Source: an uncultured bacterium (GTDB taxonomy: Bacteria > Babelota > Babeliae > Babelales > Vermiphilaceae). From it: 64,000 nt of DNA. Positions 19,739 through 30,252 of the stretch are shown here, in pieces (position 1 is the stretch's first letter; each line of letters starts with the position of its first letter). Both the position numbers and the translations under genes were made by a program. The notes under the pieces are model-generated. The model saw nothing but the letters and a program-made list of their open reading frames with translations. It had not been told where the DNA came from and made no database searches. The stretch is from positions 32,001-96,000 of the forward strand of contig OY969699.1 of NCBI GenBank assembly GCA_963702025.1. Direction: 5' to 3'.

Positions 19739-20224
19739 ATGAGCACTCTTAAAGAACATACAAGAAACTTTGATAAAGCATTCTTTTTGGAATCATTTCC
19801 CGATAACAATAAGCTCAAACCAGCTGTAAAAAGACCGCCTTCCATTCCTGCTAAAATTGATAATCAAATCAAAGCACCTACTATTGTTAAACTTGCGCCT
19901 GTAATCCCCGCAAAACGAGAAGACTCAGCTCTTGAAACACAATCAAAATGGAGCACAGAAGATCAAGCCTTAATTGATTTGTTCCACAAAAATAAAAGCC
20001 GTTTGCCGCTTAAGCCCTATATCTTAACATATAAAGATGGGTATCTTGAATTCCCTTTACATGTGAATTATCCGGCCGAATGGTACACTAAGCTTGAAGA
20101 ACAAATTACGCAAGGGCCTCAAGGAGATCGCGTACAAAATGGGCTTTTGCAAAGAGATTTAAAAAAATTAACAGAGCATTTAGGATTGCTCAAAAATTCG
20201 GAGGTAATCAATGAGCGAAAATAA
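19739..20224 (+). CDS. Hypothetical protein
   Basis: AAGGAG RBS before the ATG at 19739. Confidence 0.6.
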   Translation: MSTLKEHTRNFDKAFFLESFPDNNKLKPAVKRPPSIPAKIDNQIKAPTIVKLAPVIPAKREDSALETQSKWSTEDQALIDLFHKNKSRLPLKPYILTYKDGYLEFPLHVNYPAEWYTKLEEQITQGPQGDRVQNGLLQRDLKKLTEHLGLLKNSEVINERK

Positions 20225-20864
20225 AATCACAACTAAAACTACAATAGAACAAGCATGCCGAGAGAAGTGGCAAGAGCGTAAAACTGTTAATTCTATCACA
20301 AAAGAAAAAAATATAACAAAAAGATGGAATCCTCTTCTAGGAAATTCTTGGCGCGACAATAAACCGCATCCTGACGCACTAAAAGATCTGGCAAAGAGAA
20401 TGCGTGCATGGGCACAAAAAGATACATCGTTACGATTTGACGATTTCCTTGATGAAGAGAATGTTCCGACAAGTACCTATTATACGTGGCGCGATGAATG
20501 CCGAGAATTAAAGGATGCGCATGAATTTGCAATTCGCAGACTAGCGTCACGCCGTGAGAAGTTGGCTTTCTTTAAGCAGGCTGACAAAGAAATATTTTTG
20601 AAAACGCAACATATGTATGATCCGAAATGGGATAAAGAAGTTAATCAATATGCTAAGAGTCTGCGACTTGAGGAAGACGTTACTCCTGGTAAGACAAAGT
20701 TCATCGTAGTACATTCTAATGTGTGGGCACCAGAAAATATAGAAAATGCTCCAAAATATCTCTCTGATAATTTGGATGCCGAAGGAAAAGAATATTTGCG
20801 TGAAACTGGCATGGATAAAGATATTGGGGATCTTAGTGATTTCAGAAAACCAAAAAATATTTAA
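20211..20864 (+). CDS. Putative terminase small subunit / DNA-packaging-like protein
   Basis: HTH-like STYYTW...ELKDAH..A...LASRRE pattern; position after pri-ori. Confidence 0.4.
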   Translation: MSENKITTKTTIEQACREKWQERKTVNSITKEKNITKRWNPLLGNSWRDNKPHPDALKDLAKRMRAWAQKDTSLRFDDFLDEENVPTSTYYTWRDECRELKDAHEFAIRRLASRREKLAFFKQADKEIFLKTQHMYDPKWDKEVNQYAKSLRLEEDVTPGKTKFIVVHSNVWAPENIENAPKYLSDNLDAEGKEYLRETGMDKDIGDLSDFRKPKNI

Positions 20865-20942
20865 TAACCACTAAAGTTATCATGAACAGCTACTCTAAAA
20901 ATCTCATATACTATCCAAAATATTGATTTAGAAGGGAAATTA

Positions 20943-21836
20943 TTGAAGTTACCGCAACCATTTATAGAAAATATAATAAGAATATGGGGCGATCAAGGTT
21001 CTGTATGGCTCAAAGAGTTGCCTGATCTCATAAAATTTTTTTCTATCCAATGGCAACTGAATGACGTAAAGACATTTGATAATCTCAGCTTTAATTACGT
21101 AGCAAAAGCTTATAGCAATTACTATAACCAACCAGTGGTGCTTAAAATTGGTATCCCATCGCCCGAATTTCTCAATGAAGCCCTGGCAGTTGAATATTAT
21201 GGCGGGAATGGCTGCGTTAGATTACTTAAATTCGATCAACAAAAGAGCGCTATGCTTTTGGAGTTAATACAACCGGGAACTACTGTGCAATCATGGTTCC
21301 CCGCTGATGATGATAAGGCGGTAGAAATTGCCAGCCAAGTGATGAAAAAATTGCACTCACGGGCGATTACTGATCCTTCAGATTTTCAAACCATAGATCA
21401 GTGGTTTTCACTATTTGACACCTTAGAAGTTCCTGAAGATCTTAAAAAGCATATAACAAAAGCTCGTTTACTTGCAGATGAATTAAAGCAGACTGTTCAA
21501 GTGCATTATTTGTTACATGGTGATCTGCATCATGATAATATTCTGCTCGATTCCAAAGGGAATGGCATCGCTATCGATCCTAAAGGAGTCGTTGGCGAAC
21601 AAGCATATGAGGTCGGTGCTTTTATGTGTAACCCAGCAGAATTATCAGCGCAGTCTGATTATCCTGCAATTATTGCTCGTCGGTTAGATTTGTTCTCAAC
21701 ATTCTTATCTATTGATAGAAACAGACTTGCAAATGCCTGCTATGTACGCGTCATTCTATCTGCATGTTGGTCTGTGCAAGATAAAGGAGATTGGCGCGAT
21801 GATGTTCGCTTTGCTGAATTAATTCTACAATCTTGA
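20943..21836 (+). CDS. APH(6)/StrB-like aminoglycoside phosphotransferase family kinase
   Basis: LLHGDLHHDNIL and AIDPKG..GE motifs. Confidence 0.85.
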   Translation: MKLPQPFIENIIRIWGDQGSVWLKELPDLIKFFSIQWQLNDVKTFDNLSFNYVAKAYSNYYNQPVVLKIGIPSPEFLNEALAVEYYGGNGCVRLLKFDQQKSAMLLELIQPGTTVQSWFPADDDKAVEIASQVMKKLHSRAITDPSDFQTIDQWFSLFDTLEVPEDLKKHITKARLLADELKQTVQVHYLLHGDLHHDNILLDSKGNGIAIDPKGVVGEQAYEVGAFMCNPAELSAQSDYPAIIARRLDLFSTFLSIDRNRLANACYVRVILSACWSVQDKGDWRDDVRFAELILQS

Positions 21837-21887
21837 TTCTTCTTCTCAAATACTGATAATTTCATAGAAAAAACTGTGAGGAAGAGA

Positions 21888-22721
21888 ATGGTATTCAAAA
21901 AGAAGCTGCTTTTTAATCTACTAATCATAGCAATTCCAAATGTATGCTTATCAATGACCTCCGAGAATGCTGCAATAAGAAAAAAGGCGATAATTATTGG
22001 CGCAAGTTCAGGGATGGGTAGAGAAGTTGCAAAACTATTAAGCAAAGATGGGTATGAAGTGGGGCTCGTTGCTCGGCGCACAGAATTACTCAAATCCTTG
22101 CAATCAGAGTTACCAACAACTTCACATATCAAACAAATTGATATTGCCAGTTCTCATGCGCGCGAACAATTACAAGAATTAATAACTCATATGAAGGGCC
22201 TTGATCTTTGCGTCATCAGCATTAGCGCAAATTGTGATAATCAAAATGAAGGCGCAGATCATTGGGCAAGCAAAGAAAGAACTATTAATGTTGATGGAAA
22301 AGGATTTATTGCGCTTGCAGATTTAGTATTAGAGTATTTTAAAAAGCAAAATCATGGGCATTTAGTAGGCATTTCATCCACCAGTGGCCTGCGCGGCTCT
22401 GCCGCAACTCCGGTTTATTCAGCAATGAAATCCGGCATATCTTGCTATATGGAAGCGCAATGGAATTATATGGCTCAAAATAACTATAATATCCACATAA
22501 CCAGTGTGGTCCCCGGTTGGGTCGCCATTGAATACGCTCCGATGGGAACCGATCCGGCAGCTTATTGGGAAATTTCGGTTGAACAGGCCGGCAGAGAAAT
22601 TATGGCAGGTATTAAAGCACAAGAAAAGATGGTGTATGTGCCGCGCAAAGTCTGGCTTGTTGCATTACTTCTTAAATACTTGCCCGATTGGGTTTATAAC
22701 AAGTATTTAAATTGGTTGTAA
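21888..22721 (+). CDS. SDR oxidoreductase with signal peptide
   Basis: GASSGMG and YSAMK motifs. Confidence 0.88.
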   Translation: MVFKKKLLFNLLIIAIPNVCLSMTSENAAIRKKAIIIGASSGMGREVAKLLSKDGYEVGLVARRTELLKSLQSELPTTSHIKQIDIASSHAREQLQELITHMKGLDLCVISISANCDNQNEGADHWASKERTINVDGKGFIALADLVLEYFKKQNHGHLVGISSTSGLRGSAATPVYSAMKSGISCYMEAQWNYMAQNNYNIHITSVVPGWVAIEYAPMGTDPAAYWEISVEQAGREIMAGIKAQEKMVYVPRKVWLVALLLKYLPDWVYNKYLNWL

Positions 22722-22730
22722 TATGGCTTT

Positions 22731-23789
22731 TCATTTCCAGAAATTATTTAACTGATATACCACAAATATTGCACTATGATCCGATGCAAATAATCGTTTA
22801 TGCGGTTGTTTGCAAGAGCCAAGAGGCAGCAGTTGTAAATCCGTAGAATATTCTCCTATATGCGAAACCCACAAATTACTTTTCATCATATTTGGATTAT
22901 GGAAAATTACATCCAGATAATAGGCCTTCTCAAAATCACCATCAGCAGTGATTGGATTTACGCGGGGATGATCCTCATATCCCATAAATGTGGTGATGGA
23001 GCCTGCAGTTTGGGTATTTTTACGCGAATCGCACACATAAACAGCCGCATCATATATCGCATAGGCATTTAAATCTCGCGGATAGTGGAAATTTCTATCG
23101 CCTGCTGATATCCAATACCCGTTTATTTGTTGTAATAAACTGAGCTCTAATTGGCTCGATAACAAACGAGGATTAATAATTCCTGTCGGATCCTCATCAT
23201 GTGCAAAATGGCTATTAAAAATTGCAATTTCTTTGTTGTTGGCAAGAAAAATAAGTGTTGCTCGTTGTAATGCTTTGGGAAATGCACTTTTCCAAGCGCC
23301 CCACGTTTGGGAAGGAACAACTGGCGTATCAGAATACCAGAGCATATCAGTTGATTTAAGAGCAAAAGCATCTTTTATAAAACCGATCACCAACCCCTCT
23401 TGAATATTAGATGCGTTATTTTCAAGATTATCCCCGGTTACGGTGTTAAATCCAACAATAGTATAATTGACAAGCATATTCTGCAAATCGAGTAATTGCT
23501 CGTGAGTTATTTCTTGCACTGCAAAAGCATCTGCACAAGAAAGCAACTTGCTCACTGCATATTTTCTATCTTTCCAAAGATGATTTTCATTATCAAGACC
23601 GCTTAATTGAATGTTGTAGCTAAGAAATTTGATTTGCTGGTTAACAGAATAATGATTGTCAAACTCTGTTTGTTGTTCTAACTGATTTCGTACTATCTTA
23701 GGGAATTTACTATGATTTGTTATATGAGCAGTGCTTGCAAAATTAAATGTGCTGAATAGAAAGAATCCAGTAATGAATTTATTTTTCAT
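22731..23789 (-). CDS. Secreted endonuclease/exonuclease/phosphatase (EEP) family protein
   Basis: SYNI, QE, NSH, GD.N and SDH motifs. Confidence 0.82.
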   Translation of the reverse strand: MKNKFITGFFLFSTFNFASTAHITNHSKFPKIVRNQLEQQTEFDNHYSVNQQIKFLSYNIQLSGLDNENHLWKDRKYAVSKLLSCADAFAVQEITHEQLLDLQNMLVNYTIVGFNTVTGDNLENNASNIQEGLVIGFIKDAFALKSTDMLWYSDTPVVPSQTWGAWKSAFPKALQRATLIFLANNKEIAIFNSHFAHDEDPTGIINPRLLSSQLELSLLQQINGYWISAGDRNFHYPRDLNAYAIYDAAVYVCDSRKNTQTAGSITTFMGYEDHPRVNPITADGDFEKAYYLDVIFHNPNMMKSNLWVSHIGEYSTDLQLLPLGSCKQPHKRLFASDHSAIFVVYQLNNFWK

Positions 23790-23804
23790 AAAAAACCTGT
23801 TGTT

Positions 23805-24638
23805 TTAATTTATTAATTTTATTCGGCATAATGGACATGAAGAATGAGTTTCAAACCATTTGTTAAGACATTCATTACAAAATGAATGATTACAAGTAGT
23901 AGTTATTTCCGGTTTTGTATCGTAGCAAATAGGACATTCAGAAGTTTCTTGTTTCTGGTCCTGTTGCTTTCCAGTGAAAATTTTATCGTGATATTTCGCA
24001 TCAAGTGCAAAATTTATTTGTTGTAGGTATTCAGGAATTGTTACTTTTTGCTGTTGTCGACCATTATGCTTTTCATTCAAATCAACACCCGCTTGTAAAA
24101 TCATATCTATAATTTCTTGCTCACCGTTTTTTAATGCTAAAACTAACGGATGATCTTCTATATAGAAAGAAAATATGCCTTTTTTCAAAGCGCCTGCATT
24201 CAGAAATAGCTTTGCCATATCATTATTTTTACGATTGAGCGCAGATGTCACATGCAGACTCCCGCATTCATTTCCTTGAGAAAGAAAAAATGCGACAGCT
24301 TTTTCTTTGTTCTCTATTGTTGCACACCATAGTGGAAGCTTACCTTCCGCCAAAGCACTTTGCATTGCGCAAACGACTTCAAACCCGGTTTGATCATGGG
24401 TATCTTGCGCTTGTAGTTCAAGAGCTTCTAATAAAATCTCTTTTTTCTTTGTTTCTAAGCTTGATTTGCCAATAAGATAAGATTTATGGGAAAGAGTGCC
24501 ATTACAACTTTTTGTTGTATCTATAATACTCATTACAGCGTCGACGCTCCGCATGAGAGGTAAGGGCTTTCGCATGTTCATTGTTATCATATTGAGTGGA
24601 CAGAAGAAGAAGAAAATTACTAACAGATTAATGTACAT
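23805..24638 (-). CDS. Ankyrin-like repeat protein with C-terminal C3HC4 RING finger
   Basis: CPICYD...CNHSFCNEC...W.....CPLCR; leader peptide. Confidence 0.85.
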   Translation of the reverse strand: MYINLLVIFFFFCPLNMITMNMRKPLPLMRSVDAVMSIIDTTKSCNGTLSHKSYLIGKSSLETKKKEILLEALELQAQDTHDQTGFEVVCAMQSALAEGKLPLWCATIENKEKAVAFFLSQGNECGSLHVTSALNRKNNDMAKLFLNAGALKKGIFSFYIEDHPLVLALKNGEQEIIDMILQAGVDLNEKHNGRQQQKVTIPEYLQQINFALDAKYHDKIFTGKQQDQKQETSECPICYDTKPEITTTCNHSFCNECLNKWFETHSSCPLCRIKLIN

Positions 24639-24673
24639 TCCGATCCTTAAGATAATATAAAGTCCTAATAAAT

Positions 24674-25855
24674 TTATTCTTGAATGAGTGGTTTGTCGGT
24701 GAAAAACAATGATAAACGATCAGTGAGCTTTTTGAATTCTCTCTTATCAAGTTCTTCTAATTCTTGCGCAGTCATTGCTGGATCAAGCGGCAAAAATGTT
24801 CCTCCAAGCGTTGCATAAGAAGCAACTCCTTGAGGGTAATCAGAGGAAACTGCGAGCGATTTTGGAAACATAAGCACAATCTCTTCTGCATTATTCTGTT
24901 TTACTTTTGCATAAAACATGTAATCCATATGTTCTTTGCCAGCATCCTCATTCAACACAATAAGATGCCCTCGTATAGGAATCATACTTGCATCGCTATT
25001 AAGCTCTTCGCTGCCCATGCCGGTACAATTAAAAATAATATCTTCTTTCATTTCATTAAATGAAGATACATTTCCTATTTCAATGGCAATGCCAAGCCGT
25101 GCAACTTCATCATGCAATTGCTGCATAAGCTTTGCAGTATCCATAAAATATGTCATGAATTTTACAAAGTTCTCATGCCGCACACTATTGCCAAAATCAA
25201 GAACAACCGTTTCGCGTGGTGGGATTATGCCTTCTTCTTCAAGTCCTTCAAAACCAGAATACATACCATCCATGCAATATATTGGCAAAAATCTTACCGA
25301 CCCTTGCCTAAGATAAGGATGAGTGCCAGCATCAACGGATTGGTAGATTTTAAACGTTTCAAATACCATTTTCTTGTGTTGTTCTTTTTCTGTACCTGCC
25401 ATAGTGGTGCTATCAAGCGCAAAACAGCCTGGTGCGCGCCATGAAGGAAGATCATAAAGATCTTTGGTTATAATTTTACTTACTGAATAACCGCGACGAG
25501 CTAATTCAATTGCTACTGTCAACCCCATGCAGCCAGAACCAATAACACAAATTGGTTTGTTCAAGACTTGAGCATGATTTTCTAAAAGCTTAATGGCATG
25601 ATTGATCGAACTGAATAACGTTGACCAACCAAATCCTGCATGCCCATAACAATGTATAATCCGCTTTTGGTTAATTTGTTCAAAAGAAATATTTACACCA
25701 TCATGCCGTTTTGGGCGTGTGCAGGTGATATACTGCAAAATAGTCTTTTCAGAAATGATCGGCGGTTTTAAATAAGCAATTTGATCAGTGCAGAATAATT
25801 CCATGGTGGTCAGTAGTCCAAAAAATAATATGCGATTAAAAATACCGAAATTCAA
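24674..25855 (-). CDS. FAD-dependent oxidoreductase, D-amino acid oxidase-like
   Basis: HCYGH.G.GW, GSGCMG, FNCTG.G and PIRG motifs. Confidence 0.8.
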   Translation of the reverse strand: MNFGIFNRILFFGLLTTMELFCTDQIAYLKPPIISEKTILQYITCTRPKRHDGVNISFEQINQKRIIHCYGHAGFGWSTLFSSINHAIKLLENHAQVLNKPICVIGSGCMGLTVAIELARRGYSVSKIITKDLYDLPSWRAPGCFALDSTTMAGTEKEQHKKMVFETFKIYQSVDAGTHPYLRQGSVRFLPIYCMDGMYSGFEGLEEEGIIPPRETVVLDFGNSVRHENFVKFMTYFMDTAKLMQQLHDEVARLGIAIEIGNVSSFNEMKEDIIFNCTGMGSEELNSDASMIPIRGHLIVLNEDAGKEHMDYMFYAKVKQNNAEEIVLMFPKSLAVSSDYPQGVASYATLGGTFLPLDPAMTAQELEELDKREFKKLTDRLSLFFTDKPLIQE

Positions 25856-25869
25856 GACGGACCTCTCTT

Positions 25870-26454
25870 TTAATCAGGATGGTTGATCAAGTGAGCAATA
25901 CCTTTTTCTTCGGGCAGAAATGCGCTTGCTGGAGAATGTTGAGTTTGGCTATTGCTTTTATATGCTGCATTTAAGAACGCGGCTCGATTGGGATAGTCGT
26001 ATGATTGCCCATCCAAATTTCCTGGTTTGATATTGTCATTCATAGGAGCATGCATTTGCATCATGCTCGATGGCTGGCCTAAATATATCGGTATATCCTC
26101 TCCTTCCCATTTCTTCTTGGAAACTATTGGATAACCTGTTCGTACGCCTCGCTTACTCATCAACAAATTAAACAATCGTTCACTTTCTTGATGATCTAAA
26201 TCAATTGATATTTCAGAATCTGCATGTTTCACAAAGATTTCTGCATGGGTTGGCTTTAATCGATTTTTATGAATCTTTATTATTTTTTCAGGGCTAGCCT
26301 CTTGAATCACTGCTGTTAATTCAGTACCATTCTCATGCTCCTGAACTTCGATTTTTTTTGCCTGATCAAGTAATTCAACGAGAGTGAATCCTTGTATGTA
26401 AAAAGGAGAAAGGAGAAGAATGGTAGCTAATATTACTTGTTTTTTTTGATTCAT
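25870..26454 (-). CDS. Hypothetical secreted protein
   Basis: Signal peptide; part of the operon. Confidence 0.6.
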   Translation of the reverse strand: MNQKKQVILATILLLSPFYIQGFTLVELLDQAKKIEVQEHENGTELTAVIQEASPEKIIKIHKNRLKPTHAEIFVKHADSEISIDLDHQESERLFNLLMSKRGVRTGYPIVSKKKWEGEDIPIYLGQPSSMMQMHAPMNDNIKPGNLDGQSYDYPNRAAFLNAAYKSNSQTQHSPASAFLPEEKGIAHLINHPD

Positions 26455-26464
26455 AGATATGTCC

Positions 26465-27391
26465 TTATGCAATTTGCTGAGCTATAAAATTTAAAGATTT
26501 TAATCCTTCACGTTTAATATTCTCATCTTCAGATTTGTGCCCATAAAGAACTAACACGCTGCTATGGTATACTGCGCGCAATCGAGCAAGTGCCCATGTT
26601 TCTTTTGGAATATCGCCATATGCATTTCTAAATGTAGCATGTGCGCTTGAAGGCAAGAGAGTGTGCGCAATGGCAAGATCTACTGCAGAATCGCCAATAT
26701 GAATATCGCCCCAATCAATTACTCCACTTATTTGATGATTATCATCTAATAGAAGATGGCGTATATAAAAATCTCCATGGACTAAAGCATTACTTTTTGC
26801 TTCTTGAAGTTGATGAGCAGTATTCAAAATTTCCAGAAGTCTATTTTTGTGCTGCAGCAAATGAAGCGATTCTAGTTCCTGTAGATTTTGCTCAATTTTC
26901 GAAATGAGTTTAGCGATGTTAAGTCTTCCAATAGTATCGAATGGCAAAATATGTTTGAATTGCTCGATGGGAGTTGCATGAAGTTTTCTCAAAAATTTTG
27001 CTATTGGAATTGCCAATTCTTTTCGCTCTTCATCTGAAAGATTCGCTTGATCGGCAGTTATTCCTGACAAGATACGGTAGCCAGTAAAAAGCCATGGAAA
27101 TTTATCCGATGGATTTCCCGCCCATTCTGGAACCGGTATTGGCAATGGGAGGTGAGCGGCTATTTTAGGCAAAGCTAGAAGCTCATTTTGCAATAAATTA
27201 ACCGCGATTGCTCTGCGAGGGAATCTAAAAACATATAAATCATTAATGATATAGGCAGAGTTATCCCAACCAATACCTAATAGTTGTATTGTTTGCGCAT
27301 TAAGATCTTTAAATTGATCCTGAATAATCGATAAAGCCACACCAGGCTCAATACTATGTTCTGCATCCCAAATGTTTGCCATGCTATCCAC
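26465..27391 (-). CDS. Aminoglycoside phosphotransferase-family kinase
   Basis: GWDN, VFRFPRR, HGDF and VIDWGD motifs. Confidence 0.85.
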   Translation of the reverse strand: MDSMANIWDAEHSIEPGVALSIIQDQFKDLNAQTIQLLGIGWDNSAYIINDLYVFRFPRRAIAVNLLQNELLALPKIAAHLPLPIPVPEWAGNPSDKFPWLFTGYRILSGITADQANLSDEERKELAIPIAKFLRKLHATPIEQFKHILPFDTIGRLNIAKLISKIEQNLQELESLHLLQHKNRLLEILNTAHQLQEAKSNALVHGDFYIRHLLLDDNHQISGVIDWGDIHIGDSAVDLAIAHTLLPSSAHATFRNAYGDIPKETWALARLRAVYHSSVLVLYGHKSEDENIKREGLKSLNFIAQQIA

Positions 27392-27409
27392 TTCCTAAAT
27401 TATCGTGGG

Positions 27410-28156
27410 TTATTTTTGCAAGCTATTCTTAAGTTCATTAGCATAGTTTTCAAATAAACTTGCAAATGGCGCCCAGAACTGCTCACCATTTTTAAAATCA
27501 TCTTTGATGGTTGTATCAATCGACGAAAGAGCTTGAATAGCTGCTTCTTTATTCTGAGTTTTTTCGATAGTCATTTGAATAATATGCATATCATGCTTTG
27601 CTCCAAAATACTGGATTGCTTTAGTTTGCAACGCATTAAGAAATGCGAGGTTGCTTGCAAAGACTATTGCATAGGCTATTGCTGCGCGCACCCATTTATT
27701 TTGTATGCAATTAGTTTTGCCCAGAAGCCAATACAAAAGAAGCATGAGTCCAATGGTTAGAAAAATGAATAAGAAGGGAATTACTTTTACTGAAAGCGGT
27801 TGGACCCCATTTTTAAGCATTAAAAAATTGCGGCCAAGCAAAAAAGTTTGTTGATCAGGGCTCAAAGTTTTAAACCACTCTTCGTTGATTATAAAAAATG
27901 GATTTTTAGTTTGTGGATTAATGCCTGCGGCGATGAATTTATTCCACGGATTAATTTGTAACCCGGCTTTTTTAGGCGCTGCAACTTCATATGCTTGCTC
28001 AAAGTCAAAAAGTTTTGCAGCATTTTCAGCCAATGCGATAATTTCTGGGGAAGCTGGCATTAAATAACCATCTTCAATGAAATCTATTGTTTTTGAAGGC
28101 GCATTATAGCTGATAAGCATGCAAAAAATAAGAGCACAATTTTTTAAAATATTCAT
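27410..28156 (-). CDS. Degenerate M48-like paralog lacking HExxH
   Basis: Parallels 28153-28965, but has FLLGRNFLM in place of FLIGHEMVH. Confidence 0.55.
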   Translation of the reverse strand: MNILKNCALIFCMLISYNAPSKTIDFIEDGYLMPASPEIIALAENAAKLFDFEQAYEVAAPKKAGLQINPWNKFIAAGINPQTKNPFFIINEEWFKTLSPDQQTFLLGRNFLMLKNGVQPLSVKVIPFLFIFLTIGLMLLLYWLLGKTNCIQNKWVRAAIAYAIVFASNLAFLNALQTKAIQYFGAKHDMHIIQMTIEKTQNKEAAIQALSSIDTTIKDDFKNGEQFWAPFASLFENYANELKNSLQK

Positions 28157-28965
28157 ATCGTTTCCTTTGAGTTGTTTTGCATTTCTTTGCAATATAGTTT
28201 TCGTTCTTCGCATGAGGGGTGATCTGAGAATAAGCCATAACAAGGATTATGAGCAGGTAAATTAAATTCCTTCTGCCAGCGAGTTACCAGCTTTGTGCAG
28301 CCTTCATAACTTTTAAGTATTTTTAAAGACTGGCAGTCGGCCACTTTTTCAATATGCTTGCGATACGCAAGGCCGATTATGTTTGGGATGGAGAGGCAGA
28401 TGAAGACAAGCACGCCTGATATTCCGCCCATAATATATTTCTGATAGTGCAGACCTTGTCCAAGTCTTTGAATTTTTTTGGTTAAAAAATATGCAAGGGC
28501 AACCATTAATAAAAAGAGCGAATGTAAAACTAAATTTAAATAAAGTGTATGCCGTTCTTTGATATGTACCATTTCATGGCCAATGAGAAAGCGTTGCTCT
28601 TCGGATGATAAATCCTCCAAAAAGCCTTCACTTATGAATAAGTAGGGGGCACTGTTGGTAGGAATGAACGTAAGCAGCAAAGGAAAATAGGCGAATGCAT
28701 TATGATATCCAAAAGTAATCATAGCCTTCTGATTCATTTTGCGGATGATAATCGGTTCAGAGATGCCCATTTCTGCTGCAATACTTTTAATCTTTACTTC
28801 TTGATCAGCGTTAAGAGACTGGCACCCTAATTCCTGTTGGGTTGTTCGAGCAACATATGAATTGATTTTCTGGCTCAGATAATTTCGTGCAAAGAATATC
28901 CCAGTTCCACCAACAAAAACCAGTACAAGAATGTATAAAAATAGTCGTAATTTTAAAGTCATCAT
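28153..28965 (-). CDS. M48 family zinc metalloprotease
   Basis: HEMVH, EKVAD and HPS.EER motifs. Confidence 0.82.
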   Translation of the reverse strand: MMTLKLRLFLYILVLVFVGGTGIFFARNYLSQKINSYVARTTQQELGCQSLNADQEVKIKSIAAEMGISEPIIIRKMNQKAMITFGYHNAFAYFPLLLTFIPTNSAPYLFISEGFLEDLSSEEQRFLIGHEMVHIKERHTLYLNLVLHSLFLLMVALAYFLTKKIQRLGQGLHYQKYIMGGISGVLVFICLSIPNIIGLAYRKHIEKVADCQSLKILKSYEGCTKLVTRWQKEFNLPAHNPCYGLFSDHPSCEERKLYCKEMQNNSKETI

Positions 28966-29087
28966 TATTCCTAAAGGACAGGGCAAGTTACTAATCAATA
29001 GTATATAGAAACTTAAAAAACGAGCAATTTAACAGGGTTTTTTGGCAATCAAAGTGATTTTACCTCCAACTTGCTTCCTTCAGGAAG

Positions 29088-29123
29088 ATAATCCAATAGA
29101 CATTAGAATGCCTATTGGATTAT
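29088..29123 (-). terminator. Hairpin after the GNAT gene
   Basis: ATAATCCAATAG...CTATTGGATTAT. Confidence 0.55.
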
Positions 29124-29137
29124 GCAAATAGTAATTT

Positions 29138-29650
29138 TTATAACTTCTTCTTCATATAATAGCGTTGATGGCCAGGAGGGCAATCATCCAACGTCCCAAA
29201 TATTTCATAGCCATGCTTGATATAAAAATCTTTAGCCTGAAAATCAAAGGTATCCAAGTGCACCAATGTGGCCCCCATTTCTCGTGCTTCTTGTTCTACT
29301 TTTTCAAGTAACGCACTTCCTAATCCTTTCCCTCGGTAGTCCGGTTCCAAATAAAGTACTTCGATGTATAGAATCTTCCAATGATAGATATCAGCTTTGA
29401 TTCCTGCAATAATTTTTCCCTGATCTTTAATTATATAATTTTTTAAAATTAGATTTTCTTTTTGCGTAAACGGAACTTGTACATTCATGTGTTGAGCAAG
29501 TTGATTATCAATAAAATCAGCCTCTTGTATGGTCGCAGGAACTATAGTGAATGATAATTCTTTAGGCATATTCATTTTTTTCAAGAAAAAAATTACGGTT
29601 GCTATACCAATAATTACGCTCAGCAAGTATAAGAAATGATTCAGTTTCAT
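29138..29650 (-). CDS. GNAT N-acetyltransferase with N-terminal TM segment
   Basis: YRGKGLGSALL and DTFDFQA.DFY.KHGY motifs. Confidence 0.88.
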   Translation of the reverse strand: MKLNHFLYLLSVIIGIATVIFFLKKMNMPKELSFTIVPATIQEADFIDNQLAQHMNVQVPFTQKENLILKNYIIKDQGKIIAGIKADIYHWKILYIEVLYLEPDYRGKGLGSALLEKVEQEAREMGATLVHLDTFDFQAKDFYIKHGYEIFGTLDDCPPGHQRYYMKKKL

Positions 29651-30252
29651 CGCCAGCCTACTTCTTTAAGAAAGATATCCCAATAGGCATCATAGCGCGC
29701 TAATTCTTCTGCGGTGGCAAATCCGCCTTCGCCGGCTCCACATGCTTGCTTATTTTCAAGAAAACTCGATAGTCCAAGGGCCTTCCGGCGCTCGTCCACA
29801 TGTTCCGGGTCATAAAGATCCCAAGCAACCCACCCGGTTGGACTTGGGGCGAATTGAGTACCATAGACTTGTTGGTGTCCTTCATAAAGAGCAATGCGAT
29901 CATAGAACTTAGTATATTTATTAGCTACCGGCTCCCCAGCCTTCAAAGCTTCTTCAAGTATTTGTAAAACTTTTCTCAAAAGAGCTGGCTTTGAAATGGC
30001 ATGAATTGCGATCATCCAAGCTGCTTCATGGATTTCTTTGCCGTATTTAGAAGGATATGGCCATCCGTAATGATCTAAGAAATCTTCAAGAAATTCCGCA
30101 TTTTCTTCGTGGATTGCGCGCATTTGAGGATGATAACCTTCATTTAAGAGACCAGCTTCTTCTAGTTCTGCACGAAATTTCATATCATGCGCAAGTGCAT
30201 CGATTAACTGTTGGCATGCTTGTTGGAGATTATCATTGAGCTGCATATTCAT
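29647..30252 (-). CDS. DUF6624-like protein
   Basis: YGWP, AAWMIA.HA, DRI...G..Q.YGTQF and VDERR..LGL motifs. Confidence 0.7.
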   Translation of the reverse strand: MNMQLNDNLQQACQQLIDALAHDMKFRAELEEAGLLNEGYHPQMRAIHEENAEFLEDFLDHYGWPYPSKYGKEIHEAAWMIAIHAISKPALLRKVLQILEEALKAGEPVANKYTKFYDRIALYEGHQQVYGTQFAPSPTGWVAWDLYDPEHVDERRKALGLSSFLENKQACGAGEGGFATAEELARYDAYWDIFLKEVGWR

